NCBI GenBank assembly: GCA_964447905.1
Contig: CAYUUK010000004.1
Span: 14,695 to 78,694 of the forward strand
From: an uncultured Pseudomonadales bacterium
GTDB lineage: Bacteria; Patescibacteriota; Microgenomatia; UBA1400; UBA1396
Direction of reading: 5' to 3'
DNA: 64,000 bases
The notes under the pieces are model-generated. The model saw nothing but the letters and a program-made list of their open reading frames with translations. It did no database searches and was not told where the DNA came from. Position numbers and translations under genes: made by a program. Below are positions 29,608 through 38,549 of the stretch, piece after piece (the first letter of the stretch is position 1; the number at the start of each line of letters is the position of its first letter).

Positions 29608-31318
29608 GCGTAGCCTCTTTCGGTTTTTTCCAGGGGAGAGCCAGAGTGAGCCAGAAAATCCAGGCCACTGCGCTGATCACAGCTGCATACTGACGAACTG
29701 GAGTCATGGTGAACTCCGCTCCAACGGACTCAATGGGTTCGCTGAGAGTTATCTGGCGCAGCCCGTCTTTTGTCAGGATGGGTTCCACTTCTTGATCATT
29801 TACATAGTAGCGCCAACCTGGGAAATCGGCGATGTTCCAGGTGATTGTTGAGCCTTCTGGTGCTGTACCCAGCCACAGGACTTGGTGGGGTCGCGAAAGT
29901 TCCAGTTGCGTTACCTCTACCGTGTCGAGTGCGATGCGTTCGTTTTCACTGACTGGCGGGAGCTCGCGGTTGAACTCGGCCGGGATGTAATCGGGCAGTA
30001 TGTCACTCATGTTGGTGCGAATGGTTTGGGGATCGGTGTAGTAAAAATCTTCCGCCCGCTGCAAGAATGATTCCGGGCGGTGAAAGTTCCAGGTGCTCAA
30101 AACAACTAGGAGAATAAAGGTCCAGCTAATAAACCAGCGAAGCGGAGCCACTTGTAATTGGCTTACGGCAATGCCTCCCATCAAGCTGGAAAACACAATG
30201 GCAACCGCTAAGAATCGCCACGGGAACTGAATATAGTTCAGCAGTGGCACGGTATCCCAAATGGGTTCGGCATGCCCGAGGGTCATGAAAAGTGAAACCG
30301 CCAAGAGTATGCCGCTGAGGATAAAGACTTGTTGTTTGGCTGAAATCTGTTGGAGTCTCTGCCACAGGGTTCTTTTTTTCTTGCCTGGTGAGCTGAAAAA
30401 TGAACGGAGTATAAACAGTCCTCCTAAGCCAATAAGAATGAGCGCCATGGTTCCGAGATGGAAACTGATGCCATCATCAGGACCGAATCCAGAACCGCCG
30501 TACCCCCAGTTGGGGCGAATAAGCTGGCGGATGTACAGAAAATGGTGATGGTAGTCAAAGTATCCTGACAGAATACTGTCAATAATCGTGTATTGTTTTT
30601 CCAAAAATGCCGGCACGATGTAAAACAGGCTCATGAGGGCGCCGAGAACTCCCGCACCTATAAAACGGAGGTTTTCCTTCCAGGCAGGTTTGTTCTCTAT
30701 CCACTGCCACCCAACTACGAAGATACCGAGAAGCGGAATGGCAAAGAACGCTGTCAAGTTGTGCGAAAGAATGATGGCGGCTGTGGAAAAACTCGTAATG
30801 ATCAGTCCTCGACGGGGATGCTTTCGCATTTCCATGCCGCCGTATACGAGCCAAGGGAGAAAACCAATTGCCCAAGTTTCATTGATGGCTCCCCGTACAA
30901 AAATATCGACTGCTCGATAGGGTGCGGTGAAAAAGAGTACTGCAGCAACTAATCCGGCCGTATGGCTGTAGCGGCGGCCTAAAAGATACATGCCCCAAAA
31001 GGCGATAACTCCCGTTAAAAAGAAAACAAGTTTCATGGAAAGAAGCGCCGAAGCGCCAAAGAGCATGAAAAACACGGCGCTATAAAATGGCAGTGGACCA
31101 TAGAACAAGAACAGTGGCATGCCGTAGCCGTAGCCAAAGTTTTGCGTCCAGTGCACTGGGATGTGACCCGCGGTAAGGGAGCGATGCATTTCTACGATAC
31201 GTGCCACATGCGTGTAGTCATGAACGCGAAAAAAGTCACTTGAGAAAAACGCCCAAGAGAAGCTCAGAACTATCAAAAGAGCTACTAGCGTAGCAATCCA
31301 TTGTTTGACGGTGCGCAT
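29594..31318 (-). CDS. Large polytopic membrane protein, possibly a GT-C-like glycosyltransferase or glycan polymerase
   Basis: About 12 predicted TM segments, a conserved-looking His-rich first loop 'HDYTHVARIVEMHRSLTAGHIPVHW', and a large C-terminal soluble domain. Family not recognised. Confidence 0.35.
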   Translation of the reverse strand: MRTVKQWIATLVALLIVLSFSWAFFSSDFFRVHDYTHVARIVEMHRSLTAGHIPVHWTQNFGYGYGMPLFLFYGPLPFYSAVFFMLFGASALLSMKLVFFLTGVIAFWGMYLLGRRYSHTAGLVAAVLFFTAPYRAVDIFVRGAINETWAIGFLPWLVYGGMEMRKHPRRGLIITSFSTAAIILSHNLTAFFAIPLLGIFVVGWQWIENKPAWKENLRFIGAGVLGALMSLFYIVPAFLEKQYTIIDSILSGYFDYHHHFLYIRQLIRPNWGYGGSGFGPDDGISFHLGTMALILIGLGGLFILRSFFSSPGKKKRTLWQRLQQISAKQQVFILSGILLAVSLFMTLGHAEPIWDTVPLLNYIQFPWRFLAVAIVFSSLMGGIAVSQLQVAPLRWFISWTFILLVVLSTWNFHRPESFLQRAEDFYYTDPQTIRTNMSDILPDYIPAEFNRELPPVSENERIALDTVEVTQLELSRPHQVLWLGTAPEGSTITWNIADFPGWRYYVNDQEVEPILTKDGLRQITLSEPIESVGAEFTMTPVRQYAAVISAVAWIFWLTLALPWKKPKEATHVSL

Positions 31319-31390
31319 GGGTCCATTCTACACGAGTTTTGGCTCAGGGAAGATGCCTGAGTCGTTTTTTTTAGACTGTGCTCACAAAGA

Positions 31391-32050
31391 GTGATAGAAT
31401 TGGATGATATGAGAAGAAGATCTTCAGAAGAGAAGAATGCTATTACGGCCCGTGCACTATCAGTTGTGCTTTTGGTATTCGGATGGCTTGGTTTTCAGCA
31501 CCTTCGATCTGGAGACGCGGATGAGGGCAGCACGAATCGAGGCCTGGAACTCGATGTAGCTCCGGAGTTTAGAAGCCGGGATACGGATAGAACCCTAGAA
31601 CCGGTAGAAGTTAGACCGACAAGGGTTGTTACTGTTCAACCAACTTCTCCTGCAGTGGAACCAACCCAATTTTCACCCACTGTCGAGCGAGAAGCCCGGC
31701 AAGTTCATCGCTCTGTGACGATTGATTTTAATGAAGTATCTCGCGATGGATCAGGCACTGTTTATCTCACTGTGGAAAATGGGCGCACTGAGCAGGCCAT
31801 TGGACGAGTGGATGTATCACGAACTGGGTTCTGGATTTATCTGGCTAAAGATCCAGGAACTTTTGATTACACTTTAAGCCGCAGTTTTTCACATCCACCA
31901 AATGGTCCCATTACTCTGACCATTGCTGAAAACACGAATGAACTCGGAAATTCTGTTCTTGTAGTCAGTGATGAGAGCGGTCTGTTGGGGGTTATCGATT
32001 TATTCTCTGAGTTGCCGTCGAGAGCTTCATTACTGGCTGAGTCGAGGTGA
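31391..32050 (+). CDS. Hypothetical N-terminally membrane-anchored protein
   Basis: TM helix 'ALSVVLLVFGWLGF' followed by a Pro/Thr-rich linker and a beta-rich domain. Confidence 0.35.
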   Translation: MIELDDMRRRSSEEKNAITARALSVVLLVFGWLGFQHLRSGDADEGSTNRGLELDVAPEFRSRDTDRTLEPVEVRPTRVVTVQPTSPAVEPTQFSPTVEREARQVHRSVTIDFNEVSRDGSGTVYLTVENGRTEQAIGRVDVSRTGFWIYLAKDPGTFDYTLSRSFSHPPNGPITLTIAENTNELGNSVLVVSDESGLLGVIDLFSELPSRASLLAESR

Positions 32051-32052
32051 GT

Positions 32053-33708
32053 TTACTCTTGTATCTGCGTTCGCAACTCATACACCTGCAGCGCTGGAAC
32101 GCCGTAGGGGCGGGTGTAGCTTGCTTCCAGGTGGAGGCGTTGCATAACTTCTTCTGGTAAAGCATTTCGGTGCTCGTTGAGTACGAGCCAAGTGGTATGG
32201 TCTTCTGCTGCTTCCCAAGCCCAATCTGGAATTGTTTTGACTGGGTATTGTGCTAATCCTTCAATGCGAACGGACTGGATTTCTTCGAGACGGTCAAAGT
32301 AGAGTAAGAGCCCATCAGGTAGAGAGCCAAACGAACCTTCCGTAATCACGGTAACGTACTCCCCTTCTTGTACTTTTTGACGAATCAAATCCCGTGTTTG
32401 GGCGAGACCATGTCCTGACGACCACTCGGTAAGGTACTGTTCACGATCATGCAGTACAAATGGAATCTGGTTGGCATCGTAGTACGAGAAAAATAAGAAG
32501 CGCAGTGATCCCAGGAGATAAAATCCAATGAGCACAAAAAGTACGAGGGCCATCTCCCACGATTCTTTGCGGCGAATTGTTTCCCAGGCTTCATGGATCA
32601 TAAAGGCGGCGCTCAGCGTAAGAAACGGTGCTACTGGCAAGAAATATCGAGGATGGAGTGTCTTGCCAAGAATGAGCAGGGGGGCTGCAAACGTCAGAGC
32701 CGTAAGCCAAAAGAGCCAATGCATGCGTCGATACTTGGAGGCAACGACAGCAATGAGCGAGAGTGCTACTAATTCTGGGCGCAGGTAGGTACTGATCCAC
32801 GGAGAAACTCGCAAAATGTTGTTGAGAATAATCTGTCCACCAGAATCAATGACTTCCATGACAGAGTAGGTAAAGTCACTACTGCGTCCAAAAAGTGAGC
32901 CGAATGAAGGGCTGATTTTCAGCAAGAGAAAAATGCCGAGTCCGAGAAGGCCAGCTGCTCCAAACCAAAGACTTCGGTTGAGGAGCCATTTGAACGTAAC
33001 ACCCTGCGTACGAAAAGAGTCCAGTAAAAAGGGAGCTACATAGGCCATGCCCATAAATACTGGGGCAAAAAAGAGCGCTGGAGTTTTTGTCCAGAGAGCA
33101 AGCCCCCACCCAACAGCCGTGAGTACGAGAAACGAGAGTCGTTCTCTCCAGAGTTTTGCTTGCGTTTTTGGCAGGAGTGTAGTTTGGTGGAGACCGAGTA
33201 AGCCCCAAAAACTGAGCGTTATGCCCAGTGTGAGCAGACCATCCATGAGGCCGATTCGGTGCGAGAAGGTCCAGAACGGGGCGGTAAAGACGATTGCTCC
33301 CGCAATGAAGCGAGTCATTTTTTTGCCTTGGAGTTGGCGAACTACGGCGTCAAGCGCCCACAGCTGGGCAAGACCAATGAAGACGCTAGCAAACCTGGCG
33401 ATCCAGACCGCGTTGACCGAGGTGGGAAAAACCGAGAGCAGAGCGCTGAGAAGCCAAATGAAAAGTGGTGGTTTTCCATCATTGAGGGCAAAAAACACAT
33501 AGCGGGCTGGTTCGTGTTGCAACAGCTGAGCCCAGCGAATGTAGATAGCTTCATCGGCAAAGACCGGGAGAGACTGCAGTCGATAGAGGTGAGTTAGTAC
33601 AAAGAGACAAGAAATACAAAGCACACTCACCCAGGGAAACCAGGCTTTTTTAGTAGTTCTTTGCCACCAGAGAGTCAGCGATTTCATGAAGTGAGGGTTT
33701 TTGCTCAT
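32053..33708 (-). CDS. GT-C family (PMT/ArnT-like) membrane glycosyltransferase, paralog 3
   Basis: 'LQSLPVFADEAIYIRWAQLLQHEPARYVFFALNDGKPPLFIWLL' loop-1 motif (DE...Y...K-PPL); polytopic. Confidence 0.65.
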   Translation of the reverse strand: MSKNPHFMKSLTLWWQRTTKKAWFPWVSVLCISCLFVLTHLYRLQSLPVFADEAIYIRWAQLLQHEPARYVFFALNDGKPPLFIWLLSALLSVFPTSVNAVWIARFASVFIGLAQLWALDAVVRQLQGKKMTRFIAGAIVFTAPFWTFSHRIGLMDGLLTLGITLSFWGLLGLHQTTLLPKTQAKLWRERLSFLVLTAVGWGLALWTKTPALFFAPVFMGMAYVAPFLLDSFRTQGVTFKWLLNRSLWFGAAGLLGLGIFLLLKISPSFGSLFGRSSDFTYSVMEVIDSGGQIILNNILRVSPWISTYLRPELVALSLIAVVASKYRRMHWLFWLTALTFAAPLLILGKTLHPRYFLPVAPFLTLSAAFMIHEAWETIRRKESWEMALVLFVLIGFYLLGSLRFLFFSYYDANQIPFVLHDREQYLTEWSSGHGLAQTRDLIRQKVQEGEYVTVITEGSFGSLPDGLLLYFDRLEEIQSVRIEGLAQYPVKTIPDWAWEAAEDHTTWLVLNEHRNALPEEVMQRLHLEASYTRPYGVPALQVYELRTQIQE

Positions 33709-33757
33709 GTGGCTATTGTATCAATGTCTGGTGGGCGCGGAAAGGAAAGCAAAACAC

Positions 33758-34534
33758 TCAGTCCCGCCCCCCCGGGACGGATTGAAAGCGGATTGCGCCG
33801 CGAAAGGTATGTTTCATGTGCCAGCGCACAAAAGTGAGTCCGAGACCACCGCCGGTTTTTTTGCTCGAGAAGCCAGGTGATCCCAATAAGGACACCACTT
33901 GTGGTGGAACTCCAGGTCCCGTGTCAGTAATCACCACTTCAATACTTTTTTCATGAATATGAATCGAGACAGTAATGCGCTTCTTGTGTGGTGTCTTGCT
34001 TTTTTCGAGTACCTCAATGCTATTTCGAAAGAGATTAAAAAAAATTTGTTCGGTAATGCTTCTATTGGCAATCGCTAAAGCCGGTAGATGCTTGGGAACA
34101 GTGTTTTGAAGAGTAATGCACTTTTGTTTACACTCGGCTTCCAGTATGGACAACGTGTTTCTGATGATGGCCCCGAGATCAATGGTGGTGCAGTGAATTC
34201 TCGGTTGTTTGAGCAATTGCTGTGAGACACGCAGTGTCTGCTGTAAGTAGGCAAAGGCTGAGTGAAGGTGCAGGGTCTGTTTCGAGCAGAGGTTTCCCTG
34301 AATTTCAGAAGTAATAGCAAACAGGGCCGCAATGGCGTTACCGACATTATGAATAGCTGCTTGAGCCAGCCACTCAGAGGACCAGGCCGGATAGTGGGAA
34401 CGGTGCAGAGTGGTGAGGGTATAATGCCGATCAACAGAAGTGGAAAGATGCAGCGCTGCTTCGCGTGTAAGCGGAGAAAGATTGGTAACTGAAGTGGAGT
34501 TGTGCGTATCCATCTCAGGATGAGAGTATAGCAT
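33758..34534 (-). CDS. Cytoplasmic sensor histidine kinase (HisKA-like dimerisation domain plus HATPase_c), orphan
   Basis: H-box-like 'AAIHNVGNAIAAL'; N box 'FFNLFRNSIE'; G boxes 'ITDTGPGVPP' and 'GGGLGLTFV'. No TM segments and no adjacent response regulator. Confidence 0.6.
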   Translation of the reverse strand: MLYSHPEMDTHNSTSVTNLSPLTREAALHLSTSVDRHYTLTTLHRSHYPAWSSEWLAQAAIHNVGNAIAALFAITSEIQGNLCSKQTLHLHSAFAYLQQTLRVSQQLLKQPRIHCTTIDLGAIIRNTLSILEAECKQKCITLQNTVPKHLPALAIANRSITEQIFFNLFRNSIEVLEKSKTPHKKRITVSIHIHEKSIEVVITDTGPGVPPQVVSLLGSPGFSSKKTGGGLGLTFVRWHMKHTFRGAIRFQSVPGGRD

Positions 34535-34558
34535 AAAGTGTTGATTTGAAAATAGAAA

Positions 34559-35344
34559 TTAATCTAGTTCTTGCACGAGCTCAAGCGTGTTATCAACTTT
34601 GAGGCGATACGGGCCGTTTTGCGTTCGGCGAAGATTCCAAACAACTGTAGGATGCGAGACACGTTTGGCGATATCGTTGGCAATTTGTCGAATGTAGGTT
34701 CTTTTTGAGCAGCGAATCCGTAACTTGGACATGACTAACGGGCTGTCGGTGGGTTGCTCCCAGAAAGGCTGCCAGCTCTCAAGAATCTGGTCCTGTCGCC
34801 ACTCTCCACTTACCATCTTGAGGCGCGTGTGCCACTCTTTTTCGAGTACACTTTTCTGAATTGTCTCGGTAGCCACGTACTCCAAAGAGGTAACTTCTAT
34901 TTCATGGCTCAGGTCAGGAAGAGGCTGTTTTTTGGCAGCAAGGTCAAAGAAAGACTGGCCTTGCCAGCGCTTAGCAGAAAAGGGGTGTTGTTTTTGGGCT
35001 TGAATGCCCACGAATTCAGGTAAGATTTCCCGTACGTGTACTTCTAAGTCATGTGCAGATGGGGAGAAATCCTTTTCTGGAGTATAAACTCGATCTTTTT
35101 TCATGCCAAGAGAGTCATCTGTGTCAGTGCTGACTCCCCACAAGAGAGAGAATTCGTAGACTTTATGCCAGTTGGCAAGCTGTTCTTTTTGAAAGCGATC
35201 TTCTCCGGTGAGCACAACCAAAACTCCTTCTGCCATGGGGTCGAGCGTGCCGGTGTGTGTAGCTTTTTCACCCAAGAGCCGGCCGACATAGGCGGCGAGC
35301 TGGTGGGAAGATGAGCCGAGCGGCTGGTAGAGCGGAATGATCAT
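34559..35344 (-). CDS. truB: tRNA pseudouridine-55 synthase TruB
   Basis: 'KATHTGTLDPMAEGVLVVLTGE' catalytic Asp motif (GHxGTLDPxAxGVL); C-terminal PUA-like region. Confidence 0.8.
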   Translation of the reverse strand: MIIPLYQPLGSSSHQLAAYVGRLLGEKATHTGTLDPMAEGVLVVLTGEDRFQKEQLANWHKVYEFSLLWGVSTDTDDSLGMKKDRVYTPEKDFSPSAHDLEVHVREILPEFVGIQAQKQHPFSAKRWQGQSFFDLAAKKQPLPDLSHEIEVTSLEYVATETIQKSVLEKEWHTRLKMVSGEWRQDQILESWQPFWEQPTDSPLVMSKLRIRCSKRTYIRQIANDIAKRVSHPTVVWNLRRTQNGPYRLKVDNTLELVQELD

Positions 35345-35404
35345 GTCTGAGCGTATTGTACTGGACTGGAATATCAGGAGGAGAAGTTTATACTGTCTCT
35401 ACGT

Positions 35405-38400
35405 ATGGCGAGTTATTCTGAGTCCCTTGGTCGATTAAATCCTGAGCAACGCATTGCGGTTGAGACGATTGAAGGTCCAGTTTTTGTGCTGGCAGGACCT
35501 GGCACTGGAAAGACACAGATACTTTCTACGCGTATTGCCCACATTCTCTCGCAGACCGATGTGCAGCCCCACAATATACTTGCACTTACCTTTACGCAGG
35601 CAGCTGCCAAAAATATGCAACAGCGATTAGTAGACATGATTGGCGCTGATGGCTACGGGGTCAAATGTACGACGTTTCATAGCTTCTGTACTGAGGTTAT
35701 TGAGACGCATCAAGAGCAGTTTCCGTTGTCTCCCCAGCGCAGCGAGCCGATTGCTGAGGTAGATAAATTAGCCCTCATTGAACACATTTTGCTTGAGAGT
35801 GACTTTGAACATATTAAGTCAGCCAAAAATCCGCTCTATTTTGTGCGGGACTGTTTATACCTGATATCGAGCTATAAGCGCGAGGGACAGTCGCCACTAC
35901 GTATTCGCCAATTGGCGGAAGAAGAGGAAACGTTTTTAGAGAACTCAGTAGATGAACTCACCAAAGCTGAGTGGCGATCGCGCATGAAAACTGTGCAAAA
36001 GAATCGTGAACTCGCAGAGGTGTACGCTGAGTATGAACGGCTCCTGCGTGAGCGTCATACCTACGATTTTGAAGACATGATTCTCTGGGTGCGCGATGCC
36101 TTTCGGGCTGACCCAGAGTTGCTCGCTGAGTACCAAGAGACGTATCAGTATTTTTTAGTCGATGAATGGCAAGATACCAATGAGTCGCAACTTCAGCTTT
36201 TGGAGTTATTAGCAAGTCACTGGGGGAAATCAGCGAACGTTTTTGCCGTGGGTGATCCTAATCAGTCGATCTATCGGTTTCAAGGGGCGTCGTTTGCGAA
36301 TACCTTCCATTTTTTAGAGATGTATCCCAACGCTACGGTTGTTGCTTTGCGCACTGGCTATCGTGGCCGACAGCATATCTATGATGCGGCCGCCGCCGCT
36401 ATTGCAGCCAATGTTGCGGACTCACACAGTGAAGGAAATTCTGCCAGCAGCGGTGAGCAGGCAAAGTTGTTGGACATTCTTGCTGCCCCACTGCACAGTG
36501 CGCACAGTGATCACGCTGGAGATGTGTGGTTTCATGAAGCGCCCAATACGCTGGCGGAGTGTTTTTGGGTTGCCCAGGCCATCCAGGCCCGACATGCCGA
36601 AGGCGTGCCGCTGAGCGAAATCGCTGTTTTGGCGCGGAAACACAGTCATATGAATTTACTGGAGTCGGTCCTTTCCCGAGCAGGGATTGCCACCCAACTC
36701 ACTCGTGGTGAGGATGTGCTGCAGTTTCCGATTATGCAGAAAGTGCTCGTACTGCTTCGATTTTTGGCAGCGGTCCGAACTGGTGAAGAGACTCTCCTGT
36801 TTGTGCCACTCTTGCAACAGCCTTGGTGGAATTTGGATGCTACGGATGTGTTGCGGTTGGTGCGCGCGGGAGCGAGCTCCCGCGCGCACCAACGCGACAT
36901 CTGGAATTTCTGGAACGATCCGGAAGCCATGGCGACACTTTCTTTTACAAATAGAGCAGCACTCGATGAATTACGAGAAAAACTGCTTCACTGGCAAGAT
37001 CTCCAGTATAAGGTGCCATTGCCGGAGTTGGTGGAGACGGTGCTGAGAGAAGCGGGAGTGTACTCGCATTCGTGGCACGGCGAGCTGGCGTTGACCGATA
37101 TGAATATTTTGGCGAGTTTTTTGCGGGAGGTGCAGAGTTGGTATCGTCAGCATATAGATACTTCTTTGCAAGAATTCCTCGCTCGACTTGATCGCATGCA
37201 AACGCACGGTTTGGGAATTCCAGCTGATGATCTGAATGTGAAAATGGATGCGGTCCCGATTGTGACGGCACATCAATCCAAGGGCCAAGAGTGGGATACG
37301 GTGTTTGTATTGCACGCGCAAGATGGCTACTGGGGCAATATTCGCTCTCCGCAAAGTATTCAACCATTGCCGGGTGTGGTGCCGTATGCAGACAGCACCA
37401 AAGAAGAGAAAAATGCCGATGAGCGGAGGCTCTTTTATGTGGCCCTCAGCCGCGCAAAGCAGCGTGTTGTGGTCTCGTGGAGTCAAAGTGAGGTTCAAGG
37501 TGGGCGACAAAGGGAGCTACAACCTTCGCAGTTTGTAGTGGAAGTTCGAGGTGTTTCGCACGAGGTGAAACCGGCACTTTCACATGATGCTGTTGCCGCC
37601 ACATTGCAAGCGTATCTGGAAAGCAGCGAACAAGAGTATGGTTGGAATCAAATTGATAGACTCTGGTTGGCTTCGCTCGTTGAGGAGTTCTCGCTTTCTG
37701 TTTCCGCTCTCAATGAGTACTTGCAGTGTCCGGTTGGGTTTTTGTACAAGCGTTTAATTCGCATTCCGAGTTTACCTACCCGTCCTCTTGTGTTGGGTAC
37801 GGCTGTTCACGCTGCCATGGAAAAACTCTACCGTGAAATGAATCTACAGGGCCAAGTGCCAGATGCTGCATCTATACTGCCGCGAATTGATTCGGTAGTA
37901 CAAAGTATGCCACTTTCCCAAACTGAAGTGGATGAAATTGCCGCACAAGCCAAGTCACTTTTCACTGAGTACTACAATGCCCACGTGCAAGATTTTTCAC
38001 CGAGCCTCTTGGTAGAAAAAAATATTGGAATTCAGCCACCGGTGGCTTTTGAAGGTTTGCAACTGATTGGAAAAATTGACCGCGTCGATATGATCGACGA
38101 TGCAGCGAAAACCGTTTGCGTCATTGATTACAAAACAGGCACGCCCAAATCGCGCAATCACATTTTAGGAAAAACAAAGAGCTCCGATGGTGATCTCTAT
38201 CGTCAGCTTGTATTCTATAAATTATTAGGTGATCTCGACGCCACTTTTTCCTATACCATTCGGGAAGGTGAGTTTGTCTTTTTAGAAAAAAATCCCAGCG
38301 GAAAGTATAAATCAGAGCGTATTCCACTCAATGACGCTGATCTCGATGAGTTAAAAGAACTCCTGCGTCGCGTTCGCGATGAACTGCACAGTCTTTCCTT

Positions 38401-38515
38401 TTTGGACCAGAAACCATGTGGCCAGTGCGAGACCTGTGCTCTCTTAGGCTTGAAGGCCGATGTTTTGGAGGCGCACGCAGATGGTCAGCAGCTGAGTATT
38501 TCAGAGCGTTCTTAA
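35405..38515 (+). CDS. Single-chain UvrD/PcrA-family helicase fused to a C-terminal Fe-S RecB/Cas4-type PD-(D/E)xK nuclease (AddA/AddB-like)
   Basis: Helicase motifs 'LAGPGTGKTQ' (I), 'FLVDEWQDTN' (II), 'VGDPNQSIYRFQGA' (III), 'TAHQSKGQEWD' (V-VI region). C-terminal 'VIDYKTGTPK' with 'YRQLVFY' (QxxxY) RecB-nuclease core, flanked by Cys residues ('QCP' upstream and 'CGQCETC' downstream) as in the AddB/Cas4 [4Fe-4S] staple. Confidence 0.8.
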   Translation: MASYSESLGRLNPEQRIAVETIEGPVFVLAGPGTGKTQILSTRIAHILSQTDVQPHNILALTFTQAAAKNMQQRLVDMIGADGYGVKCTTFHSFCTEVIETHQEQFPLSPQRSEPIAEVDKLALIEHILLESDFEHIKSAKNPLYFVRDCLYLISSYKREGQSPLRIRQLAEEEETFLENSVDELTKAEWRSRMKTVQKNRELAEVYAEYERLLRERHTYDFEDMILWVRDAFRADPELLAEYQETYQYFLVDEWQDTNESQLQLLELLASHWGKSANVFAVGDPNQSIYRFQGASFANTFHFLEMYPNATVVALRTGYRGRQHIYDAAAAAIAANVADSHSEGNSASSGEQAKLLDILAAPLHSAHSDHAGDVWFHEAPNTLAECFWVAQAIQARHAEGVPLSEIAVLARKHSHMNLLESVLSRAGIATQLTRGEDVLQFPIMQKVLVLLRFLAAVRTGEETLLFVPLLQQPWWNLDATDVLRLVRAGASSRAHQRDIWNFWNDPEAMATLSFTNRAALDELREKLLHWQDLQYKVPLPELVETVLREAGVYSHSWHGELALTDMNILASFLREVQSWYRQHIDTSLQEFLARLDRMQTHGLGIPADDLNVKMDAVPIVTAHQSKGQEWDTVFVLHAQDGYWGNIRSPQSIQPLPGVVPYADSTKEEKNADERRLFYVALSRAKQRVVVSWSQSEVQGGRQRELQPSQFVVEVRGVSHEVKPALSHDAVAATLQAYLESSEQEYGWNQIDRLWLASLVEEFSLSVSALNEYLQCPVGFLYKRLIRIPSLPTRPLVLGTAVHAAMEKLYREMNLQGQVPDAASILPRIDSVVQSMPLSQTEVDEIAAQAKSLFTEYYNAHVQDFSPSLLVEKNIGIQPPVAFEGLQLIGKIDRVDMIDDAAKTVCVIDYKTGTPKSRNHILGKTKSSDGDLYRQLVFYKLLGDLDATFSYTIREGEFVFLEKNPSGKYKSERIPLNDADLDELKELLRRVRDELHSLSFLDQKPCGQCETCALLGLKADVLEAHADGQQLSISERS

Positions 38516-38549
38516 AGGATACTGCTTAGAGAGTTGAGCGTGCTGTCTC

